From Octopus sinensis (lineage: Eukaryota), in the NCBI RefSeq assembly GCF_006345805.1, contig NC_043004.1, positions 3,410,001-3,474,000 of the forward strand: a stretch of 64,000 bases of DNA, read 5' to 3'. The notes beneath the pieces were generated by a model. The model was not told the DNA's origin. It saw only the letters and a list, made by a program, of their open reading frames with translations, and searched no databases. Positions 51,430 to 62,424 of this stretch are shown here, piece after piece. How positions within the stretch are numbered: the stretch's first letter is position 1; each line of letters begins with the position of its first letter. The translations under genes and the position numbers were made by a program.

Positions 51430-51999
51430 TAGTAGTAGTAGTAGTAGTAGTAGCAGCAGCAGCCGTTCAAGAATTTGAACCTGGAGATCTCCATTTCCAG
51501 CGACTTCGAGGGCCACCTCCCAGTGGTGTCGGGTGTCAATGAAGAGCCCTCGACTACAAGACGACCAAAGTTTTTTTTTCTTTTCCAAGGTCTGGGGTCT
51601 CCCGCCCCTAAGCCCTAGACCATCACCTAATCACCCTTACCCGTCTTGTTGCTTAACAACAACAGCAGCAGCAGGGACTAATAGTAAAGTTTAACATGAA
51701 ATACAGAAAGCATTAGTCGAATAAAGTCATCCTAGCGACACGAGCTGCTACACTAATGAATATAGGGCTGATGGAGTCACTTGCTAAATTTTTACTCAAC
51801 ATAGCAACCGATGAGGCAAATGGCCTGCTAGAAATAACAACGAAATATCCCTTAGGCCATTCACTATTATCGAGGGAGAAGACATATTGCATAAGATAGT
51901 CTTTGATACAGTATATCTGGAAAGCCTTTCATCATATGTACGCTCGATGAAGGCCAGTCTGGGAATAAACATCAACTCTTAGATCCCCTAGCATGGTTT

Positions 52000-52620
52000 T
52001 GTCTTTTATTCATTTAGTTTGGAAGAAGGAGCTGTGTCCACGGCCTTTTCTGGCCTGAAGATGGATGTGATTAACTGCAAGAATTCAAGCAGTGAATTCC
52101 AGGTGGCCAACATTTTGGGAAGACTGGAGTTTGGTGTGACGGTTACAGTGAATCTTGGAGGTCGAAAATTATATGGATGATGTGAGGAGAGACGAATGAA
52201 TTGAGAGAAACACGAGATGAGCCACTCTGAGGAGTAGAAGCTATTGCGATTAGGGTAGAAAAGGTTGAAGGAAGAGACAGCTCGTCTGAGACTCAAAGGC
52301 AGAAGTGTAGTTTATAAATGAGATCCTGCAAAGCAGTCGAGTGTTCATTCTTTGGATGCAATCTGAGATATGCAACTCAGCATCGGCACAGACCTAGTTT
52401 CAATACACCACTTTTGGTGCCACTGAGTTTTGTAGAGTTCGTGGTAATTGAAGGCTGAAGTAGTTTCTTGCACAGAAGATGAAACCAGTACTTATGATGT
52501 AGTATTTGCTAAGTTGAATAAATTAGAGAGCCACAGCGATAGTGAGGCCCAGCATTTGAGACAACCACGACGACTCCACTTAGGCATGGTTCATGTTTAA
52601 AAGGAAATGAAGAGAGATCT
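52000..52620 (-). mobile_element. Highly decayed 3' region of a third CR1-group LINE
   Basis: LGLTIA, FCARNYFS, DCIQR..RL, LSLRRAVSS..LFY, TWNSL remnants. Confidence 0.6.
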
Positions 52621-53320
52621 TGTCTTCTTGGAATATGCAGTGTTTTGCGTTGTTTATTATATTTATTATATTAAACAGTGTCACGTGACAGCTAGCTGGT
52701 GCTGGCTGCTGGAGCCTACCAGCGAGTATTTAAAGGGAAATTTGGCAGGGTGGTCAGTCGCCCGCTGACACCCGTTGACGCTGCATCGAAGAGGCCAGGG
52801 AACAGGAGAAAGAAGAAATGCACTCAACACCAGAGCTGAAGACATCTCCGAAAGGAGGGGGACGCCACGTCGAAAACGGTAGAGGAGTAGGGGCCGAAAC
52901 CGGAAGTGGTTCTTCTTGATGATGTCTTTAGCCCCTGGATCCTATAAAGGAGCTATTGAGGTTGCAAACCACGAAACGTTGTTGGAATTCCTCTTTCAAT
53001 TTATTCATCTCTGTACAGGGAAGCAGAGTTGATTGAGAGCGTGCAGTCAGGCATAGAGATAACGTTTACAGGTGGGGGGGGGGTTAAGGGAGATTGAAGG
53101 ACGGTGTCCCCTATAATACCTTCCACGCGGTCCCAAATGTGTTGGTGCTGTTGAAGGATTTAAGCATCTCTCAATCCACCCCCTCGAATCCTAAACCTGA
53201 TTAGGAGGTACGTAAACAAACACCGGTTGCCAAACGGTGGGAGACAAACACAGAAATGCGCCCCCACCACATCACACAGAGTTATACACCCACTTATGTT
53301 TATATAAATATATACGCGTC

Positions 53321-53387
<67 letters not shown>

Positions 53388-55013
53388 GCATGCACACGTG
53401 TGTGTGTGTGTATGTGTGCGTGCGTGTATGTGCCATTCCCATTCCTCTGGTCTATACGAGACCACCATTCCAATGGTATTAGATGACAATGTTGTCATGT
53501 CGCTGTTCACTTCTATTTCTTGCCGTTTATTCGCTGACGTTTTGCTGTTAAAGTCTAATAACTCCTACTTTTCACCTTCAACGACGTAGAATAAACATTC
53601 TAGAACTTTCTCCATTTACGATTATCCGTCAAATATAGTTCCATCATGGAAAGAGACCCGCCAGACAACATGCCAGTCAGCCATCCGTCGACTCGGTCAG
53701 TCGCTAGATTAGTATTGGACTCGGTTACGTCATAACTGATTAGGTGAGTTTTATGTGATTTCATTAGCCAAATCATTAGCACTTAACCTTACAACTAGCA
53801 TTGCTCGACAGGAAGCTGGAGATTGGCCATAAAAAAAAAAAGTACACAACTTAATCATAATATTTGTGAACCAAGAGACGAAGCACAACCATGCGGCAGA
53901 CAATCGGTGAGGAATTTTTAGTATTTTACAAGTTTCATGGCGTTTCTTGTCATTTCAATGATAAAAAAAAACAGAAAGAAAAGAATTCCATTTGTTACAA
54001 AATTTAGGAAAACGAAACAGAGAAATGATATGACTAAATTTCGCAGTTTATAACTTTATAATCATTTTTCGTTCATTATTTTAAATGTCACCCTAACTGG
54101 GTTGATCTTGCTTTTCGGGGCACGGGGGGGGGGGTGCAGGTCTATGAAAATAAATACCAGCAAGATTACTTTAGAGTCGAGTGAATTAGCTATGTGAAAA
54201 ATTGACCTGGACTGGTGAAATTGACGGAGTGACTAATATCAGAAGATGACGGAGTGACTAATATCAGAAGATGAGGTATTTATTTACAGCCCCTACTTCA
54301 TACGTGCCGAGTTCGACTTTTATCCTTTGGTAGTTGATTACCAGTAGCGCATTTGAGCATACCTGCTCCTCCACCTCTCCCCACTCTCTCCTCCACCTAT
54401 CTCCACCCTCTCCACCTTCTCCCCACCCTCTCCTTTCCCTCTAAAATCCTTCGCCTATGCTGGAAACCGATATTTTAGCATGAATTCGAGGCGATCCAGT
54501 AGAAGTGTTATAACACCATGGAAATAGTTCGCAGTGCCATCTATCAGTACCTATTTACAGCTAAGTGGCCTGTGCAGACTGATAATAGTGTCAAGATTCA
54601 AGTCAACCTCGACCGATAGAGATGCGACATACGTTTTGCATTTATCACGGTGGAATTTTGCTGCGGTTGTTTTTGTTGTTGATTATTTTGTGGGCACAAA
54701 GGTTTATATTTTAGGGGTCAGGAAAAACAAGATCCTGTAGATTTCTGTTTTTGTTAAAGACATGAAATTCCATCGACCAGGGATTGAAACTGCATCGAGA
54801 TCTTAGGTTCTTGCGAGCCTTGCAAATATACTTTGCCACTTTGGTGCCGTCTGTTTCCAACATTGGTGGTTTATTCCTAAATCTGATTAATTTTCAATGG
54901 CCCCTGTTCAAAGCTTTCCAGATATGACCATTTCATCTTTTCTTCAAACACAGCCTATTTAGAAAATTATCATTTTTAAATCTCACAACGTGAGATATTC
55001 AGCAACAGTATTT

Positions 55014-55295
55014 TGTAGTAAAGATTGTTTGCCAACATAACATGGCAGTCCTGGTTTAGGACGAATGTTACTGTAATTTAGCCTCAGGGGGCATCGTCTC
55101 CAGCTGGATATACGACACGATGTGTCCTTATATTTTCGAACAAAAGTGGGGGTGCTAGATTCCCTAGTTCGAAATATAAGGACACAAATCGTGTCGTATA
55201 GCCAGCTGGAGTCGAAGTCTCCTGGGGCTAAATTACAGCAACATTCGTCCTAAACCAGCACTGCCATGTTATGTTGGCAAACAATCTTTACTACA
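55014..55295. repeat. Foldback palindrome (MITE-like): ~128-bp arms, 25-nt spacer
   Basis: 55014-55141 versus 55167-55295 reverse complement, roughly 90% identical by eye. Confidence 0.92.
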
Positions 55296-55638
55296 TGGCC
55301 TATTTAGAACTAAATTCATCTGATCCGTCATTTTGAACATGGTAGGGAATGATTCAAGGAATACTTGACTGCTATTTCTTGCAAACAGAACATCCCAAGT
55401 TGCAAATCTTTCGTCACACATCTGTGACCTCTTCAGCAACTCTTTCCATCCCCGTGTATTCTTCGGCACCATTAGTGGCTACGGAAGGTGAGATCAATAG
55501 CAAAGTAAAATGCGCTTGAACAATTGGGTGACAGGTGGGAACAAAAACCTCTGAATGGCAAATATGTGGCCCGTAGTAAAGAAGCTGGTGTAGACCAGAA
55601 GCATAGCCATTAGTATATAGTTTCCCTGCCAGGATACC

Positions 55639-55868
55639 TATTTCTTTAGTACCCACAAGGGGCTAAACACAGAGAGGACAAACAAGGAGAGACAAACGGA
55701 TTAAGTCGATTGTATCGACCCCAGTGCGTAACTGGTACTTATTTAATTGACCCCGAAAGGATGATAGGCAAAGTCGACCTCGGCGGAATTTGAACTCAGA
55801 ACGCAGCGGCCGACGAAATACCGCTAAGCATTTCGTCCAGCGTGCTAACGATTCTGCCAGCTCGCCCC
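55639..55868 (-). mobile_element. SINE-A full length, tail type A, young
   Basis: Closest to the family consensus seen in the window. Confidence 0.9.
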
Positions 55869-56401
55869 CTTGTTAATACAGGAGGTTAAAAGAAGCAATG
55901 GGTCGGTAATTGCCAACCTCATTGACCTTTGACCAATCTTTCATTAACAATGTTGTTTTTCCCTCTACTATCCACTCCGGAAATAAGGTGGTGGGTGGGG
56001 GACTAAAAAAACGAATGACGCCATAAAAGGTTTTGATAGCATCTGCAATCACAGTCGTGGGAGGCACTTTAAATTGCATCTGTTAAGATTGGAACTTCGC
56101 AGTAACAAGACGTTCGAGACTAAATATTGATTTATTTCCACTCAAATCTCCGAAACTGAAAAAAATGTTTTAGAATTCTTTTGTCCTACTATGGTACCAA
56201 GATGAAATTAAGTGAAAGAATAGACGCCTGAACACACCACGAACCATGAACGAAACTTAATACGTGAAAGCATTCAGTCTGACATCGAGAGGTGATTATA
56301 ATATCGATTTGGTTGATCAATTATCGGAAGAATAACCTGTTGAAATGTCGTTATGCGCTGATCACTTTCTCTTGGAATTTCAATTATCACATATACACAC
56401 A

Positions 56402-56600
56402 AGGTGGCGAGCTGGCAAAATGCTCAGCGGTATTGCGTCTACCGCTACCTTCTCAGTTCAAATTGCACTGAAGATAACTTTACCTTTCATCTTTTCGGGG
56501 TCGATGAAATAAGTACCTGTTACGCACTGGGGTTAACGTAATCGACTAGCCCCGTTCCCCCAAATTTTCATGGTCTTGTGCCTAGAGTAGAAATCATTAT
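56402..56600 (+). mobile_element. SINE-A with a deletion in the head, tail type B
   Basis: GGTGGCGAGCTGGCA joined directly to AAATGCTCAGCGGTATT. Confidence 0.75.
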
Positions 56601-56619
56601 CATATATTTCACACATTAT

Positions 56620-56800
56620 GTAGGCGTGTGGTCTAGCGGTTACTGTATTGTTCTCACGATTGCTAGATCGTGGGTTCTATCCCGGACAGAGAAGTGTGTT
56701 GTGTTCTTGTGCAAAATACTTCATTTCACGCTGCTCCAGTCCACTCGGCTGTAAACAGATCACCCTGCGATGGATTAGTCTTCCGATCAGGTGAGACTGT
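56620..56800 (+). mobile_element. SINE family F (tRNA head with CACGA loop, CORE-like block, CCCTGCGATGGA segment), diverged
   Basis: GGCGTGTGGTCTAGCGGTTA..CTCACGA..GGGTTCTATCCC..CATTTCACGCTGCTCCAGTCCACTCGGCTGTAAA. Confidence 0.6.
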
Positions 56801-57124
56801 TGGTCTGTTCGCTGAGCCAGCGGAATAGAATCCTTCGAAAGTTAAACAATACGAAGTGCATTGTGGCCAGCGGTGTATAACCTCATCCGATCGTCCATCA
56901 ATACCTTGATATCACACAATGCTATTATATTTTTGTCCATTTGGATTCTTTAATTCAAATTAATCTTCAAAGACCCATGTGTGTCTACATACACATTCTT
57001 GTGTACAGAGACAAGTGAAAGATATGATGTCAAGGAAACTGATGTGAAAAGAATTATTTGTAAAAAGAATTATTTATAAAAAAAAAAGAAATGATGATAT
57101 ACAATGGAGTCATCAAAAGACAAT

Positions 57125-57515
57125 ATGTGTGGTAAGAAGCTTGCTTCCCAACCTCATGGTTCCGGGTTCAGTCTTACTGTGTGACACCTTGGGTAAGTGT
57201 CTTCTACTATAGCCTCGGGCTGGCCAAAGCCTTGTGAGTGGATTTGGTAGACGGAAACTGAAAGAAGCCCGTCGTGTATATATATGTGTGTGGTGTGTGT
57301 GTATGTGTCTTTCTCCCTCGCCATCGCATGACAGCTGATGCTGGTACGGTTACGTCTACGTGATTTAGCGGTTCGGCAAAAGAACCGATAGAATAAGTAC
57401 TAGGCTTATAAAGAATAAGTTCAGGGGACGATTTCTTCGACTAAAAAGTACTTTTAAGACGATGCTCCAGCATGGCCGCAGTCAGCTGACCGAAACAAGT
57501 AAAAGAATACAAGAA
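57125..57515 (+). mobile_element. SINE-B, near full length
   Basis: Head, CORE-like block, internal microsatellite and CAGCATGGCCGCAGTCAGCTGACCGAAAC tail. Confidence 0.88.
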
Positions 57516-57686
57516 TAATATGTACTTTGGAGGGTTTTTTGGAGGGAGCGAAAACCCAAATAATAAGAGCGCAAGGAACACAAGAAACAGCATCCTAGAT
57601 GTGGGAATGGGATCATAGTATAGTTTCTTGTGATTGAAACCTAAGCTGGTCATAAGAACAGCAACATGGAAGCTTTGTTAATGGTA

Positions 57687-58166
57687 TGAGGGTGAGTCAA
57701 AAAGTAATGCCATTTTGTTTAGGACAGGTATAATTACCAACAGAGGAACAGGTATCATACATCAAAATGAAGCTGGTCCTCTGTGGATCACATCCCTACT
57801 TCTCAACATAGTTACCATTCCTCTCAATAGCAATGTTCCACCCTCGAATAAGAGCCACTTATTCACTACAGTTTTCACTTCCTCGTCATTGGAATAATGT
57901 TTGCCGAAGAGGTGCTAAATTATTCCAGTGAAAGTGAAAACTGTAGTGAAGAAGTGGCTCAAAGATCAGTCAACAGAATTTTACGGGGCAAGGATACATG
58001 CTCTCATTCGAAGGTGAAACATCGCTGTTGAGAGAAACGGTGACTATGTTGAGAAGTAGGGATGTGATTCACAGAGGACCAGCTTGATTTTGATGCATAA
58101 TACACGTTCTTGTGTTGGTAATTATATGTCCTAAACAAAATGATATTACTTTTTGACTCAGCCTCG
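57687..58166. mobile_element. 480-bp mariner-derived palindromic MITE made of two inverted right ends; TA TSDs
   Basis: TA-TGAGGGTGAGTCAAAAAGTAAT...ATTACTTTTTGACTCAGCCTCG-TA; both arms encode the transposase end (EVKTVV.KWL..W/*NIA.ERNG.YVEK*). Confidence 0.9.
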
Positions 58167-58186
58167 TATTATTGGTTCTACTTCAC

Positions 58187-58397
58187 GGCGGCGAGCAGGC
58201 AGAATTGTTAGCACGCCGGGCGAAATGCTCAGCTATATTTCGTCTGCCGCAACATTCTGAGTTCGAATTCCGCCGAGGTCGACTTTGCCTTACATCTTTT
58301 CGGAGTCGATAAATTAAGCACCAGTGAAGCACTGAGGTCGATGAAATCGACTTCACCCCTCCCCCAAACTTCAGGCCTTGTGCCTATAGTAGAAAGG
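58187..58397 (+). mobile_element. SINE-A full length, tail type B, 19-bp TSD
   Basis: TSD ATTATTGGTTC(T/C)ACTTCAC at 58168-58186 and 58398-58416. Confidence 0.92.
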
Positions 58398-58758
58398 ATT
58401 ATTGGTTCCACTTCACAATTTAACAAATAGAGTTAAAACAGATTAACATCTGATGGCTGTTCGTTGTTTCGAATACAAGGTTGCGGTTTCGAATAATATT
58501 TAGGGCTGTCACGGTGGTTTATCAAACTTTCACGAAAATAATCGATAAACAGAAACGGAAAATTCCAAATTATGTAGACTTGACCTCTTCAGGTCAACTC
58601 TGCTTCGTGATGATGGCTCTGAGGAGAAAATAAACTAGTATGACAGCCGATAACTTCCCCACACAAAATTGATTTAATAATTCAATATATCTTTAGATAT
58701 TAAGAATTAAATGAATATAAATTGAGCGGATTCTATGTGAGTAGTTGCAAGAGAGTAG

Positions 58759-58792
<34 letters not shown>

Positions 58793-59329
58793 ATCTGTGT
58801 AAGTTTAATTCGGAGTAGAACCGGAAAGGTAAAAAGTCCATTTGCATAATGGTAAAGAGACAACTTTACTTGACATGTTTTCTACGTCCTATCATTCTGT
58901 GGGTTACATACAAGTTCACTGAAGCCCTTTGCTTGCACTCACTACGTCTATGGAGTAGTGTGGTCGGCTGCTGTGGCGGCGGTGGTGGTGACAGTGTTAG
59001 TAGTAGTGGCTACGATGGTATAGGTAAGTTTGTTGGTTTAGAATTTCCCAACTAATTACTTGATGAGAAAGATTATTGCGTCTTCTCATGCATATTTTAC
59101 TTCAACTATTTATGTCCAATTGTAGGATAATATTGAAATACGTGTGTGTGTGTCTGTGCGTGTTTCGATAACACCTTTCCAGTTGTATGGACTATGGACA
59201 GAAATATAGATATTTATGCCCATAGTTGAAATTTACAAAAACATTGTTGAAATTTACAAAAGAACATTGTTGGTGTTTCCTTATTCCAGGCAAATGACAG
59301 CTTTGCACTCCTCAGGCGACAACCCTCCG

Positions 59330-59565
59330 GCCCATGAGTCTGTTTGGATGGTCGTTACTGGCAAGGGTTTTACGAGGTCGGAGTGCAAAACCTATTTCGG
59401 CCTATTTTTTTAGTCGCATTTTACATTATGCAGGGGATACGTTGGGACTATTCTGGGGACTACACTGGTCCCCATCCAGGACCAGAGCAACACACCGCCC
59501 GTTCCGGCAGCCGTGATCTGGTGATCGTGAGTTCAATACACGAACCACCAGGCAACGCACCTTCA
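59330..59565 (-). mobile_element. Diverged tRNA-derived SINE (head TGAAGGTGCGTTGCCTGGTGGTT..CTCACGATC)
   Basis: Head resembles families C/E/F; body not assignable. Confidence 0.5.
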
Positions 59566-59774
59566 CAACAGTGATACATAGACAAACAGACATACAGACT
59601 GACATACATGCATACCGACATGCACGATGACATACAGACAGACAGACATATTGACATGCATAAAGACAGACAGACAGGCAGACATACATACACACATACA
59701 TACATACAGACAGACGAACATACACACATACAGGTAGACAAACAGACACACAGACAGGCAGACATACATACAAA

Positions 59775-60790
59775 CGTGCATCCCTTGACCAAGTTGGCAC
59801 ACATGAGGCTGATAACATCATAAGACTTGGAAGGCAGCTCCTTGAGCAACATTCTTTGCCTGATAATCTAGAATACATGCCCAAAGAAGTCGCACGACTC
59901 TACCACAACGTATCATCAGATGAAAGGATGAGCCTATATGAGCAGAAGACTATGCATGAATATGTTAGTAGAAAGCTTCGTGATGATAGTAGCATCGATC
60001 ATCAAAGCAGTTTATCATGGTCCAATAGCCGGATTACTACCTTCCACTTTGAAGGGTATGCGTCATAATCCAGGAACAGGTAATATCAACCAAGTACCTG
60101 ATGCACAAAAGGTATAGTGATGCAAGTAAAGTCGTAAAATGTGACATCATAAGCAGTTGTCTGAAAATGTCATCACGGTAGTATCTACCGATGAGACATG
60201 ACGTTGTAGCTAGGACACTCTATAATGAAATCTGTCGGATGGATAACCCCGAGGACAATGATATAAGAACCCACAGTATGGTAGAAGCCATAGCCACTCA
60301 TAATAAAAAAGGAGTACTGGTGGAATGTCCCAGTGAAGACCTCAATAAAATGTAAGCACAACAGACCTGATATTATGATTTGGGATAGAGAAGAGAAACT
60401 GTGCACAGTTGTGGAAATTAGCTGCCCAACGGATGTTAACACAAAGCTGAAGATCAGTGGAAAAGAACATCTATGCTAAACTATTGAGAAATCTGCAGTT
60501 ACTCTGTCCAGATTACAAGTTCAAGTTTATACCTGTAATTATTGGGGCCCTGGGATATGTAACATATTGCCTAAATACCAATCTTGAGAAATTAGGCTTC
60601 TCAAAAACAGGAAGGAGAAAGCTAATTCGAAGGCTACAGATCCGATCCATCACTGGAACTGCAAAAATCTGTAAAACTTTCCAGAGTTTTATCATTTAAA
60701 TACATATGAGCATGTCTAGATATGCAGCTATATGCATAAGAATACATAAAGCAAAACATACAAATCTGCACATATACACACACACATACA
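59775..60790 (+). mobile_element. 5'-truncated REL-type LINE (post-RT linker, damaged CCHC, PD..E nuclease), same family as 46970
   Basis: IQEQ.ISTKYL, RHDVVAR, WWNVPVKTSIKCKHNRPDIMIWDREEKLCTVVEISCP, FIPVIIGALG; (CATA/CAGA)n at the 5' flank. Confidence 0.88.
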
Positions 60791-60859
60791 TACATACATG
60801 CATACATACATACACACATAATAGATATATATTTATATTTACATACATACACACGCACA

Positions 60860-60965
<106 letters not shown>

Positions 60966-61504
60966 TGTGCGTGTATGCAATGTTTCGTAAACGGATAAAT
61001 CTTCAGAGTGACGAAAAAAACATTTTCTGGTAACAATTCATTATAAAACATGGCGTCATAAAATAAAACACAAAACATCGTATAGAAATCCCCGCTTGAT
61101 ATTTAGGCATACAGATGCACAAATATACATATTCATATCTATGCGCACGTGCAGGGGCACGCATGCCCGTACATACGTACACAGATGACTATCAATTTAT
61201 ATAGCTTTCAATTTATATATCTTATAGATTTATTTATTAACTTATACGAAACTTACAACTTCATATTTGCATATTTTGTTCATTCAGTTGTTTGGGCTCA
61301 CGCATGCGCAGTTAGGCGCGTATCCTTCTGTGCGCGATTGTGTGTATATGAATATATATATATATGAATTTATACGTATTTGGGAGACATGTATACTTAT
61401 GTGTATACAGATGAACATGTATGAATGTATGTGTGTGCGTGTGTATGTGTGTGTTTGTATGCTTACATGTTTGTCTATGTGCATGTATATATGTATGTAT
61501 GTAT

Positions 61505-62035
61505 GGCGTTTCTACGTCCCCGTAACTTAGCGGTTTACCCTAAAAGATCGATAGAATAAGTACTAGGCCTACAAGGAATAAGTCCTGGGATCTATTTAAT
61601 CGAGTAAAGGCGGTGCTCCAGCATAGCCGCAGTCAAATGATTAATGCGAATAAAAGAATGTGGCTGTGTGGTAAGTAGTGAAGTAAGTAGTTTGCTTACC
61701 AACCACATGGTTTTGGGTTCAGTCCCACTGCGTGACACCGTGGGCAAGTGTCTTCTACTATAGCCTCGGACCGGCCAAAGAGTGAATTTGGTAGAGAGAA
61801 ACTGAAAGACGTCCGTCGTATATATATATATATATATATTTGACTGCGGCCATGCTGGTGCACCGCCTTTAGTCGAACAAATAGACCCCAGAACTTATTC
61901 TTTGTAAGCGTAGTAGTTATTCTATTGGCCTCTTTTGCCGAACCACTAATCGCTTTACTAATTCTTCCACGTAAAGTCAGGCGAAATACCGCTTAGTATT
62001 TCGCCCGGCGTGCTAACAATTTACCAGCTCGCGGT
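61505..62035. mobile_element. Cluster of SINE-B pieces (3' half +, 5' half +, 3' half -) and a SINE-A head (-)
   Basis: Matches to the SINE-B and SINE-A copies elsewhere in the window. Confidence 0.8.
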
Positions 62036-62386
62036 AATCTGTGTATATTAAATGGGATCTACCCCTCACTGGATAGAATACCTTTTTTTTGTTTATCCCA
62101 CAAACTGTAAACTATCTATGAGCAACCAACCCTATTCTCATAACGCAACTGTTCATACACACCGCGTTCGACACCGTATTCTGCACTCTATCAACCCATT
62201 TCTTTAGAAAAAAGTTTGGCGTCGTTGGTTTTTTTTAGTCCCCTCCACCACCACCTTATTTCTTTACTCATTCTCTAGCGTTTCATTCTAATTTTTTTCC
62301 ATTTCTCTTAGCTTTTGGTCATTTCGCGGTCGATACCAGTCGATGTAGTTTACTAGCATCTCTCAAATGAACGGTTATTTTTATAT

Positions 62387-62424
62387 GCGCAGGAGTGGCT
62401 GTGTGGTAAGTAGCTTGTCTAACC
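62387..62424 (+). mobile_element. SINE-B head, cut off after 38 bp by the LINE insertion
   Basis: GCGCAGGAGTGGCTGTGTGGTAAGTAGCTTGTCTAACC; compare 35284-35320. Confidence 0.85.

Noticed and set aside
52690-53160. GC-richer stretch, possibly the upstream RT region of the 52000-52620 LINE
   Set aside because: Too decayed to assign motifs with confidence
53600-53782. Possible RTE-like C-terminus (..DNRKWRKF)
   Set aside because: Only a weak terminal resemblance
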